Part shown: in pieces, positions 41,218-54,724 of the stretch
Layout of the letters: each line of letters opens with the position of its first letter
Position numbering within the stretch: position 1 is the stretch's first letter
Assembly: GCA_021613535.1 (NCBI GenBank)
Contig: CP075497.1
Coordinates: 11,718,001-11,782,000 of the forward strand
Length of the DNA: 64,000 bases
Source of the DNA: Adineta vaga
Taxonomy: Eukaryota; Animalia; Rotifera
Reading direction: 5' to 3'
Program-made: the position numbers and the translations under genes
The notes under the pieces: generated by a model
What the model saw: the letters and a program-made list of their open reading frames with translations, nothing else
What the model was told of the DNA's origin: nothing
The model's database searches: none

Positions 41218-42042
41218 ATGATGAATTGTCAAAAATATCAGTTATTATCAATATTTTTCGTCGTTCAAACAATCATATTTTTCATTGTTTATCATCATTG
41301 TCAAACAATGAAAATTAAGAATGACGTTGATTTAAAACAAAAACTAAACCGCTCAAGTTTTTTTGATATTGGAATGAAATATAAAACGGATAAAGTTTTT
41401 ATTCATCATTATGAAAGATTATATGAAAAATATCTTTCACAATATCGAGATACATCAGTTCGATTGCTTGAGATTGGACTTGGTTGTGATATGGTTCAAG
41501 CAATAGGTGCATCTGCTCTTACTTGGCGGGAATATTTGGGATACAAAGCGGAGATACATATTCTAGAAATTGATATCGAATGTGGTGAAAAATGGTATTC
41601 TACTATAGGTAAACAGGTAAGATTTCTATTGAAAACGAAAGATTTTCATTTTAGCCTCTATATTTAGATGAATATTAGTATGCATTACGGTAATCAGGAA
41701 AATATTGCTTTTCTTGAGCATTTCAAATCACAGATGAAAAAATTTGATATTATCATCGACGATGGAGGACATACTATGAATCAACAAAGAATATCATTGA
41801 CATTTCTATCTCCACTTGTTCTTGCAGGTGGTTTATATATAATCGAAGATCTTGAAACTAGTTATCGTCGAGTTTATGGTGGTCAATATTTAAATTCTTC
41901 GACTACAATCGGCATGATTAAAATGTTTGTTGATGATATTCAATCAGATATGCCCATCAAGACTATTCCTGTATCAGCACGTATATTTTCTTTTGAAGTT
42001 GGTGATGGTATTTGTTTTTTAACAATGAAAGCGATTATTTGA
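41218..42042 (+). CDS. Class I SAM-dependent O-methyltransferase (MycE/TylE-like motifs) with N-terminal signal anchor, 2 exons
   Basis: TDK..HHYERLYEKY, LLEIGLGC, FDIIIDDGGH, GGLYIIEDL; phase-0 intron 41617-41667 (gtaag...tttag). Confidence 0.82.
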
Positions 42043-42176
42043 GTTCTCCTAATGAGAAAGATAATACTTTTTTTTATTGATAGTATTGATAGATAAAATA
42101 ATATATCTAACATCATTTCGAAATATAAATACACACAAACAGACATCAAGTAAAATAAAGAGAAATTTACATGAGA

Positions 42177-44716
42177 TTAAGAATTATGTGGTAAGAGCAC
42201 TGGTATTTCTTCAGTTGCTCGTTGAATCATCTATAAAAATAAGATTTTTAGGTAAGTTGATATTACGAAAGAAAAGAAGACAGACTTACTATTAATGGAG
42301 CAGCTAATCGTTTCGATTTTCGTTTACCAATGGTATTATGAGCTGTTTTACCGTTACCAACAGGTCGATTTTCGATCACATCAAATGATGAATTAGGAGT
42401 TGATGTCATTACCTTGATTTGACCATGAACATTTTTCATCGTATGTAAAAGTGAAAAATCTAAAACTTGATCATCCGTTCGTGTTGGTGGATGAACAGGT
42501 AATGGAGCAACTGGATGTGGTGGTGAAGCATGTGCAATTGGTGCAGCTCGTGGTTTAGCTCGCTTTGGTTGACATTCAGTTTTACTAGCTACTTTAGCTA
42601 ATAGTTTTCGTCCAGTTGTTGTTGTTGTTGTTGTTGTTGAGGATGGTGTTTTCACTGGACGATGAACTGTTGTACTAGGAACAATGAATTCTTTATTGGC
42701 TACTCGACGAGGCTAAAATGAATACAATAGGATGAAGTTATACTAGAAAAAGATATGTAACATACTGTCGCAATTGGTGTTCGAGATCGAACAGGTGTCA
42801 AAGCTGAAAGGTGTGGTACAGCTACAGTTTTAGCTGATGATGGTAAAGCTGAAGCTGGTACTTGATGATGAGCTTCATCAAATTTTTGTCGAATTGGTGT
42901 ATTATCAATCAAAAATAATGCATCATCATGTTCCGATAAAATATTTAAAAATTCTTGTTCAATTTGTGGTAATTCTCGAAGAAATTTTTTTCGTTTTCGT
43001 CCTTCAACTTCTGCATTGTATCCACGAATTCGAAAGCGACCGGGATCTGTAGATGCTTTCTGAAAATCATTCAATAAAAGAAAAATACATTACAGAAATT
43101 AACTTTTAAGCAAAATAACATACAGTAAATGCTACAAAATCATTCCAAAATGTGACCCATTTATCATAAGCATCAATGACAGGTCGACGTTTCTCATAGA
43201 GTTGAGCAATACGTTCATATTCAGCATCATATGCATCGAGTAAATCCGCTGATAAATTTTCTATTCAAACAAAAAAATAACAAATCGACAGTAAAGATGA
43301 TGTTTATCTTACCAAAATCTAATTTATTAAGAATCGATCGTTCATCATCACCTAAATGTGATTTATCCAATAAATCGACAATTTGTTGTCTAATTGATTG
43401 ACGATATTCTTTGCCATGTTTCATTCGTTCTTCACAACAACAAGCAATTTCATGTTCAAGCTACGAAATATAATTCCATTGAAATGCTAATCAATTTATT
43501 CGAGTCTTACTTGTTTAATTGTAAATGCATTGATATTTTCACCATCAGTTTTATATGCTAAACAATAATCTGTTTCTGGATTCTTTTTCAAACGTTCATA
43601 AAGATGTTCTAATTGATTATGTAATTGACGAAAACGAACTTTCTGTTCTTCGATTTTGTTTTCCAACTAAATGAAGAATTTGATGTGAAAAAAAGAAGAG
43701 AAAATCAGGAAATTCTTACATCATGAATTGTGCTTTCAATTTCATTGAGACAATCAGCTGTAAGACATAGATCAAATTTTTCGAAGAGAAGATATTCTAC
43801 AGATGAGGATGGTAATGGTGTCCATTCTAATTGTTCGGAATAGTGTTTTAATTTTTGATAATATGACGAAACTTGAGTAAGACGAAGAGTCTAAAAATTA
43901 AATAGAGTTTTTCTGTCGTTATAAAGAATTAAATGACATACTTTCAGATCATTAAGCATTCTAACATGATCTTCAATCTTCTGATTGATCTCAACAAGTG
44001 CATCGTTACATCTAAAAAGATTATTTTCTTTTATTCTAAGAAAATAAATGAGTAGAAGAACAGACTTTCATCGAATTCAATGAATGAACTATTGAGTAAT
44101 TTACATAATTGTTTTTGTTGATTTTCAAATTCGCTTCGTTGATGAATTAATTGACCTTCTTGAGCTAATAAATCTTGCATTTTCTTTTCAATATATGTTT
44201 CTTGTTCTCTCAATTTTAATTCATCGAATGCCAATGTCTACAAAAATGAAAATATAATTGAAAATGAAAACTCATTTTTAGAAATACATACATCGATAGA
44301 AGATGGAAGACCTGTACGAGAAATTAATTCTTCATAATCTTCAACGGATTGTTTAAGCAATTTTTTTCGTTTATTTAATTGTTCTTTATAGGTTAAAAGT
44401 TTACTTTCAAGTAATTTCTAAATCAAATACAATACAGATGACTTAATGAGAGTGATTTTAAACACTTACTCGTGTATATTCTTCAACTTTTGTTGCACGA
44501 GAGAACCATTGATGTTCAGTAAAGCCAAATGATGACCATAAACGATACCATTCAGCACATATTGTTGATTGATCAAGAACATTCTGTTCTTCGTTATTCA
44601 TAGGAGAAGGTAAATCACTAAGAATTCAAAGAATAAGAATAGGAAATGAAAAGCAATGGTACTTACAATGTAACTTTTGGAGTTCGGGAAGTCGATTTCT
44701 TTTTTGGATGCGGCAT
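42177..44716 (-). CDS. PRC1: Protein regulator of cytokinesis 1 (MAP65/Ase1 family), multi-exon
   Basis: FQKASTDPGRFRIRGYNAEVEGRKRKKFLRELPQIEQE resembles the PRC1 DPNRFxNRGG..EEK.R..LP motif. Coiled-coil N-terminus and S/T/P-rich basic tail. Confidence 0.72.
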
Positions 44717-45168
44717 TTTCTCAGAAAAAAATGTTAAAACTATGATTGATAGAACAAAAGCAAAGCAAGGTATTGATGATCGTTAGCGGTCTTTATTCTA
44801 ATTAACCAATAATATTCTCACATTAGAGTTGAGAAGATTAGCGACATCTACACATAGATATTGCATTAATCGCCAAAGACGAAAAGAGAAAACAACACTG
44901 ATGCGAGTAGAATGAATGAATTTATTTACCAGCTAACAGAACAAAAGAAAAACGAGATTTTTAATCGATTTTTTCTATCATTATTTCTTGTCTTTTGCAT
45001 ATATTTTGATCAATTGAAAGATAAATGTGTGAAAATGTCACACCTACGTTAAGAATACATATCGAAGAAAAAAAAAACAAACAAAAAGTTTAACAAATAG
45101 TATAAAAACCAGAGCACTCAGCTGAACGAAAGAGGAAAACTAATGTTCAAATAATTATGGCTTGAATT

Positions 45169-47156
45169 TTAATCAACTGTATTGGCAATACGACCTAATT
45201 CACTATCTAAAATACACATAAAAGAAAAATTCAGATAAATATTGATGAAATTTCTAACAAAAATCACAAACCATACAGATTGGCTGGTTCAGAACTGGAA
45301 GTATTCTCGTCGACGGTATCATTTTTCGATTCATGATGACCATTAGATACTTGTTCTGATGAATCTATTAAAAAATATGAGAAAGTATTCAATTTGATAT
45401 ACAAAGAAAAACTTACTGTTATCAGCAACCGATTGTTCATTATCATTTGATGATTTTGAGAGATTTTTAATAGTTGTTTGTAAATCAACTCGTTCTTGTT
45501 GTAAAGCTCGACTTAATTTATCTAATTTTTCGAGTTTTGCATCCAATTGTCGTTTTTCTTTTTCCAAAAGTTGATACTAAAGAAAACAAAGAATGCAAAA
45601 CATTAAAAATGAATGAAAAAATCTTACATCTTCCGATGATTTTCTTTGACTTTGTTCAGCAATTTCCCATCGATGTCGAAAATCACCTCGTTCTTTTTCT
45701 AATTTTTTAATTTTTTTTCCCATTTTTTCAATTTCACTATGACATGAACTGACCATTTGACTACTCTGTTGAATAGCACCTTGAAATTCTTTATAACGAT
45801 CTGAATAGACTTGAACTTGAGAACGAAGAGTCAATTCTGATGCAGATAATTCTTCACATTTCTTATTCAGAAGTAATCGTTCAGCTTCACTCTTTCAAAA
45901 ATTCCAATAAAGAAAAAAGTTAATTTTTACAATGAATTCAAAGACTTACCACTTGCCGTTCTTGTTTAACTAATTCGTTTCGTTCGTTAAGTAAAGTATT
46001 ACTTTGTTCTAATGTTGCTTCAGTTAAACGTAATTCTAATTCTCTTTTCTTCAATGAAGTTTCAAGTTCCTAAATTGATTTATAAAATAAATGATTCAGA
46101 GATAGAAAGATGATATATGTATTACTTTTTGACGTAATTCATAATTTTTAACAACATTAGGTAATTGTTCAGATAATTGAGCATTTTGTTCACGTAATGC
46201 AGCTGATTTTTCACTATAATCATTTAATTGTGCAGCTATCTCATCAATTGTCGTCTAAATAATTAACAATTATCGTAGACTAGAGATAAGATATCATTAT
46301 ATACCTGAAATTTCGTTGCTAATTCTCGACGTTTTGCTTCGTCTTCACGTTGTTGTTGAGTACTTTCTTCCTGAAAAGATTAATTCTTCAGAAAAAGATG
46401 TTTTTGTCTTTTTTAAAAATTTATTACACGTATCTGTTGATTATGTCGATGAAGTTCACGACAAAGACTTTCTAATTTTGTTTTTGCAGCAATTATTCGA
46501 CTATTTTCAAGTGAAATATGATCACGTTCACGTGCATAAGTTGTTGTACGTTTTTCTAAATCATTACTTTTTGTTTGTAATGTTCGTTGTTGTTCTTGTA
46601 ATTCAGCTATCTTTGTTGCTAATGTTAAGAGATTTTTGTCCGTATCTGAATCAGTTAAGCTTTTCATAATATTTTCTAAAGAAAAAACAAAATTGAGAAT
46701 ATTTCAAATGAAGCTTCAACATACTCGCAAGTTTTGTAACATTTCGACGTGATTCTGAATCATTCGTCGCTGCTAAAGACGTATCGTTCGTTGAAGTTGA
46801 TGAAGGTTTATCATCAGTTTGTTTCGAAGTTGCAGCTAAATAAGAAAAATTTAGTGAAATAAATGAAGAAGTTGAGTGTTTTTCAAGTATATACCTAAAG
46901 TTTCAAGCTTTTTTACAAGTTTAGCACCAATTGCTGTTTGTCCCGGTGTACGAGTGGTGGTTGTTGTTGTTGTTGTTGTTGTTGTTGATGATGATTTGTT
47001 TTGTGATTCATCATTAGTTGAATCTTCACATGTAGTTGAGAGATTAATTGAATCGATTATTTGTGAAAGTTGTTCATCAGATGATATAGCATTGGAATTA
47101 AACGTCAAATTTTCGTCGACAGTTTCCGATTGCTGATCTGATATTGGTGTTGTCAT
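45169..47156 (-). CDS. Taxilin family coiled-coil protein, multi-exon
   Basis: KTKLESLCRELHRHN, LRSQVQVYSDRYKEFQ, EIEKMGKKIKKLEKE, LEKLDKLSRALQQER; probable end LELGRIANTVD*. Confidence 0.9.
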
Positions 47157-47621
47157 TCGAAAACGATTTGTATCTTTAAGTTAATAAAAGAAAGATCTAC
47201 AAACAAATGAATAAGCACCTTGAAATTTCCCTAAAATAGAACGGAAGAAAAGTCATGGTTACTTTCTCTTCTGTCTTTGTATTACATCCAATGCCCAGTA
47301 ATATCGAGAAGAATTTATTTATTATTACCAACTGTTTATTATTTTCAGATTCAGAGAAGAAAAGAGGTCGCTTGAATGAAATCAAAACGATAGTTTTAGA
47401 TTAAAATCAAAAAAATGTTAATAAAAATATTTATTAAAAATTGAATTCTACAAGCAAATAAATACCTCGCCATTCAGCGACCTCTTCTGTCAGATATTAT
47501 TTTTTTTTTGTTCAATTAGCAAATTTTATCGAAATAAGAGTCTTAAATGACGCGCTTATTGTTATTTTATCGAATGAAACAAATTTGATGAATCCGTTTT
47601 TATAATTTGACGTTTTCTTAC

Positions 47622-48678
47622 ATGTGTGAAGCTTTCGATGTACATAATTTACCAATACAAAATTGTCTTCATCAATTGCATATATTTCGAAAAGCACGCG
47701 GTATTACTTCTTCTGATGATTCTATTCAAAATTCAGCAGAAACTGATAAGATTAGTTTTTTTCAAAATGAACCTATTCCACTTTCCTCATCCTTGGTTGA
47801 TGATCTGACAACTCTGGCATCCACTGTCTATATCATCTCATTTATCATTGTCATCTTTATTCTTCTTGCATGGATTACACATTATAATGCTCCATGTTCA
47901 TCACTTATTACATCGATTTTAAGTACGATTACGGGCTTACCAGAACCTATTATTCATTCAGTCGCCCTTTGTGGTTCATGTTGTGTATGGTGTGAAAAAA
48001 CCTGGCTTTTTCGTCGTATTCATCAGTTTAATATATGGATGTCAAATAAAATCAAACAATTTCTTTCAGGAACATGTAAAGTTTTATATGATACTATCTG
48101 TCCATGTTGTCGACCACCAGATACACCATCAAATCGATCTCTTATCGGTAAATGAATCTTCTAATTCTATATTATTAACTCGCTATTCTAAAAAGGATCA
48201 TTACCAGCTAATATTATCGCAATGATTCGTGTATCGGATATTTCTACTCTTTCACCACCTAGACCTACAGTTACAGGTATCAAATAATTTCAATTCTGAT
48301 CTTTTCCCAATCATACGTTTCTTATTATTTTCAGTCTTAGAGCCGACTCCTATATCAATAAATGAATCATTACCATTAAGCATGACTTCTCCGAAAACAA
48401 ATACCATTGTTAATGAAATTTATGAAACTAAATCAACCCGAACGAAAGCTCTTAAGCAACCTCGTAAACAAAATATACGAAAACAACGATCAGAAATTGA
48501 AGAACCATCGCATACTTCGAAGGTTTCTTTCTTCAATATTATTTATTTGAGATTCATTCTCATGTTTTAACTTTCTTAGAAGCTTCTCATGAATTACCGT
48601 TGGATGAAAACCAATTTCAATGATATTCTGAATGCATCTCATTTTCACGATTTGATGCGACTGTGTATCAATATATAA
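47622..48678 (+). CDS. Uncharacterised single-pass membrane protein with Cys clusters, multi-exon
   Basis: TM segment VYIISFIIVIFILLAWI; CGSCCVWC and ICPCC clusters; plausible GT-AG introns join the ORFs. Confidence 0.55.
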
Positions 48679-50683
48679 TCGAAACAAAATTTATATTCAA
48701 ACGAGAATATAAGCTACAATAAATATGTACACCATCTTGAGGGTGTGGGAGATGGTTATTTCCTATCTCGCTTTCTGAAAGAAAGGTTTATCGGAGCTGA
48801 GAAACCCAAATCTGAGGATAGTTTCTGATTTTCATACTATCTTGGAAATTTTTCGATCAGAAACTTTGGTTTAAGGGACGAAATCGAGTCCTCTAAGGAC
48901 ATTCTACGAAAAATTCGATATTTCAGTCAAATCTCAACTTGCGCACGAACCAACTTAGGAGGCATCACTCCTGTCTATGCTCCATGTAAACATTATGTCG
49001 AAGAGCCAAAAGCTTTTTGACACCTCGGATGGTTCGCTCGTCAGTGAAAAGCTGCACATTCTTGATTTGTGCTTTCAGCGTATTTGTTTAATTCACTTCA
49101 TCTATGTTAAAACAATCGAGCAGTCGGAAGTGACAGACCGTAGGATTGTCGACTACCGCCTACTAGATATCTAGTAAGACCTAGTTTTAGTGTACTCTAA
49201 TGAAAAGAAAGGATCATGGTTTTTAGGAAGACAAACAAGTAATGGTATAGGTTTTTCTTCAGAACACATGCATTTAAAAAATCTAGCATCTAATGTGCAT
49301 TTTTCAATGATTATTGAGGCACAATGAATTGAGTATCAAGCTTAATTTTAACAATGATCATATCGTCTTCTTGTATTCTCTATACATTTCACGTCTTTTC
49401 CGGTTGTAACTGCAAGCTATGAGTACGGTATAGCTCAGAAAGTTCACGTTTTGAAGTGCTGTACCATTTTTCGTATGAAATCCTGGAAAACAAAATAAGT
49501 TTGATTAATAAGAATGTTTTCTAGAGTATATAGAGGCTCGAACACTAATGTGATTCTTTCAGCGAAGAGCCAGCATAATCCAACGGATGAGCTTTATTTT
49601 AACGGCAAGTAATTCACTATCGGCTGTAAATCGATCACTATCTGATAAGATGAAAAATATTGAGTTAGAGCCATGCATAAATCAAAAATGATCTCCGCAA
49701 CACTGAAAATATGATTATGTTTATCACCATCATCTACGAGAAGAAAAATCGTTGAATAAATGCTGACGAATATAGAATGAACATTCATTTACCTTCAAGA
49801 TAAATAATAAAGTTTCAGTAAATTTCTTATAGTTTCTATCAATTCCCATTTACAGTGCTATACCATCAATACTTATTTGACTGTTAGATCTTATGTCTCT
49901 TAATCTTTTCTTTATTCTATATTTCTTTGCCAGTTGATTTAATTATTCGAGACGACTTGGCTGTTACCATATTTTGCAATCAAAAGTACTTCACCATATG
50001 ATGGAATTAATACAGGCATGCGTGAACAGTCATTTTTTTCATTTCTAAAATATAACGACTCACCATGATATGATCATACCAAATTGGTTCATTCAAAAGT
50101 TTGGAAAACTTCATGAAAATAACTACATATTGATAATAGTGAACTGTTTAATGTAGCAAAGCTCTCGGTTAGTGCTCTAAAAAACTCACTTGAAGCGTCA
50201 CTAGTCACAGTAAAAGGTTACAGAGAGAACATTTGTGTTTTGAGAACTTTCTACAGTTCGTCTGTGCATCGAAAGACTTTCGTGAAAAGTGAGATTTTCA
50301 TGATCTCTTATAGCTCTTCTTCATGAAATAACAGTAAAACGAAATTCACAGATCCTCTGCTTCCCCAATATTTAGTTTTATTGTGAATTAATGTTATTTA
50401 CATTCTATTCCGGTATAGCACTCGCGAAGACTTCAGGTACTTAGATCAATCCCACTACCAGAGGTAGAATCATAAATACACAACGACCAAAACAACAGTC
50501 ATAGCAATAAGCAGGGTTCCGTTCAAACATATTGTCGTCGCTTTTCAGTCTTTTAAAAATTTGATAAAATCAATCAACCGTGTTTTGTGAATGTTTCCTA
50601 TGACCGCATTTGCTACACTTATCTTAGTAGTCAAAAATAGTGTTTGTTTTAAAAAGACATTTGCATTTAGTGGTAAAATAGAC

Positions 50684-53600
50684 AATCACATCACAAATCA
50701 ATCATTCTAATAATCACTCCGTTCAACTATGATGCTCACTTGGAAGTCAACATTGACAATTGATCATCCCATCGATCATCACATCACAAATCAATCATTC
50801 TAATAATCACTCTGTTCAACTATGATGCTCACTTGGAAGTCAACATTGACAGTTGATCATCTCATCGATCATCACATCACAAATCAATCATTCTCAGTAT
50901 CACTCCGTTCAACTATGATGCTCACTTGGAAGTCAACATTGACAATTGATCATCCCATCGATCATCACATCACAAATCAATCATTCTAATAATCACTCTG
51001 TTCAACTATGATGCTCACTTGGAAGTCAACATTGACAGTTGATCATCTCATCGATCATCACATCACAAATCAATCATTCTCACCATCACTCTGTTCAACT
51101 ATGATGCTCACTTGGAAGTCAACATTGACAGTTGATCATCCCATCGATCATCACATCAGAAAAGGTGCAGTCAGACGACCGCATTTCTCGCATTTATGAT
51201 CTCGTACGAGTATGTCTGGGACCAGTCAACCACGCGTTAGCATTTTCTCCGGAAGTAAACATGTACATCATAAATCAATCATTCTCAGTATCACTCTGTT
51301 CAACTATGATGCTCACTTGGAAGTCAACATTGACAGTTGATCATCTCATCGATCATCACATCACAAATCAATCATTCTAATAATCACTCTGTTCAACTAT
51401 GATGCTCACTTGGAAGTCAACATTGACAGTTGATCATCTCATCGATCATCACATCACAAATCAATCATTCTCACCATCACTCTGTTCAACTATGATGCTC
51501 ACTTGGAAGTCAACATTGACAGTTGATCATCTCATCGATCATCACATCACAAATCAATCATTCTCATCATCACTCCGTTCAACTATGATGCTCACTTGGA
51601 AGTCAACATTGACAGTTGATCATCTCATCGATCATCACATCACAAATCAATCATTCTAATAATCACTCTGTTCAACTATGATGCTCACTTGGAAGTCAAC
51701 ATTGACAGTTGATCATCTCATCGATCATCACATCACAAATCAATCATTCTCACCATCACTCTGTTCAACTATGATGCTCACTTGGAAGTCAACATTGACA
51801 GTTGATCATCTCATCGATCATCACATCACAAATCAATCATTCTAATAATCACTCTGTTCAACTATGATGCTCACTTGGAAGTCAACATTGACAGTTGATC
51901 ATCTCATCGATCATCACATCACAAATCAATCATTCTCATCATCACTCCGTTCAACTATGATGCTCACTTGGAAGTCAACATTGACAGTTGATCATCTCAT
52001 CGATCATCACATCACAAATCAATCATTCTAATAATCACTCTGTTCAACTATGATGCTCACTTGGAAGTCAACATTGACAGTTGATCATCTCATCGATCAT
52101 CACATCACAAATCAATCATTCTAATAATCACTCTGTTCAACTATGATGCTCACTTGGAAGTCAACAACATTGACAGTTGATCATCTCATCGATCATCACA
52201 TCACAAATCAATCATTCTCATCATCACTCTGTTCAACTATGATGCTCACTTGGAAGTCAACATTGACAGTTGATCATCTCATCGATCATCACATCACAAT
52301 CAATCAATCATTCTCATCATCACTCTGTTCAACTATGATGCTCACTTGAAGTCAACATTGACAGTGATCACTCATCATTGACATGTATCTCACATCATCA
52401 ATCACAAATCAATCATTCAATAATCACTCTGTTCAACTATGATGCTCACTTGGAAGTCAACATTGACAGTTGATCATCTCATCGACATCATCATCATCAC
52501 AAATCAATCATTCTCACCATCACTCTGTTCAACTATGATGCTCACTTGGAAGTCAACATTGACAGTTGATCATCTCATCGATCATCACATCACAAATCAA
52601 TCATTCTAATAATCACTCTGTTCAACTATGATGCTCACTTGGAAGTCAACATTGACAGTTGATCATCTCATCGATCATCACATCACAAATCAATCATTCT
52701 AATAATCACTCTGTTCAACTATGATGCTCACTTGGAAGTCAACATTGACAGTTGATCATCTCATCGATCATCACATCACAAATCAATCATTCTCACCATC
52801 ACTCTGTTCAACTATGATGCTCACTTGGAAGTCAACATTGACAGTTGATCATCTCATCGATCATCACATCACAAATCAATCATTCTAATAATCACTCTGT
52901 TCAACTATGATGCTCACTTGGAAGTCAACATTGACAGTTGATCATCTCATCGATCATCACATCACAAATCAATCATTCTCACCATCACTCTGTTCAACTA
53001 TGATGCTCACTTGGAAGTCAACATTGACAGTTGATCATCTCATCGATCATCACATCACAAATCAATCATTCTAATAATCACTCTGTTCAACTATGATGCT
53101 CACTTGGAAGTCAACATTGACAGTTGATCATCTCATCGATCATCACATCACAAATCAATCATTCTCACCATCACTCTGTTCAACTATGATGCTCACTTCG
53201 AAGTCAACATTGACAGTTGATCATCTCATCGATCATCACATCACAAATCAATCATTCTAATAATCACTCTGTTCAACTATGATGCTCACTTGGAAGTCAA
53301 CATTGACAGTTGATCATCTCATCGATCATCACATCACAAATCAATCATTCTCACCATCACTCTGTTCAACTATGATGCTCACTTGGAAGTCAACATTGAC
53401 AGTTGATCATCTCATCGATCATCACATCACAAATCAATCATTCTCACCATCACTCTGTTCAACTATGATGCTCACTTGGAAGTCAACATTGACAGTTGAT
53501 CATCTCATCGATCATCACATCACAAATCAATCATTCTAATAATCACTCTGTTCAACTATGATGCTCACTTGGAAGTCAACATTGACAGTTGATCATCTCA

Positions 53601-53704
53601 TCGATCATCACATCACAAATCAATCATTCTCATAATCACTCTGTTCAACTATGATGCTCACTTGGAAGTCAACATTGACAGTTGATCATCTCATCGATCA
53701 TCAT
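50684..53704. repeat. Tandem satellite array, 93-bp unit, ~31 copies
   Basis: Unit ATCACATCACAAATCAATCATTCT(AATA/CACC/CATC/CAGT)ATCACTCTGTTCAACTATGATGCTCACTTGGAAGTCAACATTGACAGTTGATCATCTCATCGATC, period 93 (e.g. 50729, 50822, 50915, 51008). Degraded near 52150-52500. Confidence 0.97.
51159..51264. other. 106-bp unique insert within the array, flanked by direct repeat ACATCA
   Basis: ACATCA at 51153-51158 and 51265-51270; the local period is 205 = 93+112. Confidence 0.85.
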
Positions 53705-54724
53705 ATCTAAGCTAAATAACATGGCAATTGCCCATGTTTGTTGATATTTTTCGTCGTTTCTTCGTCAGAGATTGATTAAAAATTGTTTGTTTTTGACTGT
53801 ATTGAATATGAATATGATCAATCACATCGATGTATGTGTTCCATAATTAGATACTGCATCTATATTCCGCATCTGCATTTTTACAACATCTATGCAGATC
53901 AATATAGATGAATACAACTCATTATTACAACCAGAGTACTGACAGACATAGTGCTTCTCTTTAGAAGTCTTTTTAGTATCTTGTGGTGCTTCACCTAAAT
54001 AGAGAAGGACAGAGTAATCCTTTTGAACTGGTATAATAGATAGCAGAAAGTTCGAAGGTCATGGTTCATGAAAATTCACTTTTCTGCTAAGGTAAAGGGC
54101 TTTGTACATAGCAGTATTACCTTTCACTCAGTCTATTGGCAATGAGAAAGTACTATGATTGGGTTAAACATTGAATTTCTAAACAAGCACTTCTATGAAG
54201 CTTCTTGGTATCACAACGTCTCTCTATTGTAAAGGTCTACGTACACTTGACATAGGATCTTATTTCATGTCAAAAATGAATTGTTAAACAACTGTTTTAA
54301 TCATTTTTGACTTTTTTTACGCTTCTCTCGCTGTTAGTACTTGGTCTAATACCTATGACAAATGATTTTATACCAGTAATAGGATTTCCGTTGGCGATAC
54401 ATTATATGCATTAATAGCAATAGTGTTCGTATTTCCTCTTTTGACAGAATTAACTGGAGCACGATAATGTATGTCAGCAATGTGTCTACGTTATATTCAA
54501 ACTCGTAGTATTGATTCTAATATTGAGTTGCACACTATTTGCATCATTTTTTTATGTGACTATGCAATGAGTAAGCTGAACAAACAGTAAATCATAGAAG
54601 AGTTTAAAAAAAAGACATCCGTATTGCTTTTGGGTTGACAATGAATCTCAGATATAGTTCGAGAGAAAAATGAATGTCAGAACGATCCTCTGTCTTGATT
54701 TCTTTACTACAATAGTGAACTCAC

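Noticed and set aside
48735-50680. Autonomous transposon
   Set aside because: Composition looks repeat-like, but I found no transposase or RT ORF and no clear TIR/TSD pair.
52150-52500. Biologically diverged core of the satellite
   Set aside because: Clustered small indels among near-perfect units look more like long-read consensus error.
51008-53539. 31-aa repeat protein (MMLTWKSTLTVDHLIDHHITNQSF...)
   Set aside because: The AATA variant puts TAA in frame in about half of the units, and the other frames have stops in every unit. The ORFs are by-products of a period divisible by 3.
50684-53704. CRISPR array
   Set aside because: Units are contiguous 93-bp repeats with no series of unique spacers, there are no cas genes, and the context is eukaryotic.
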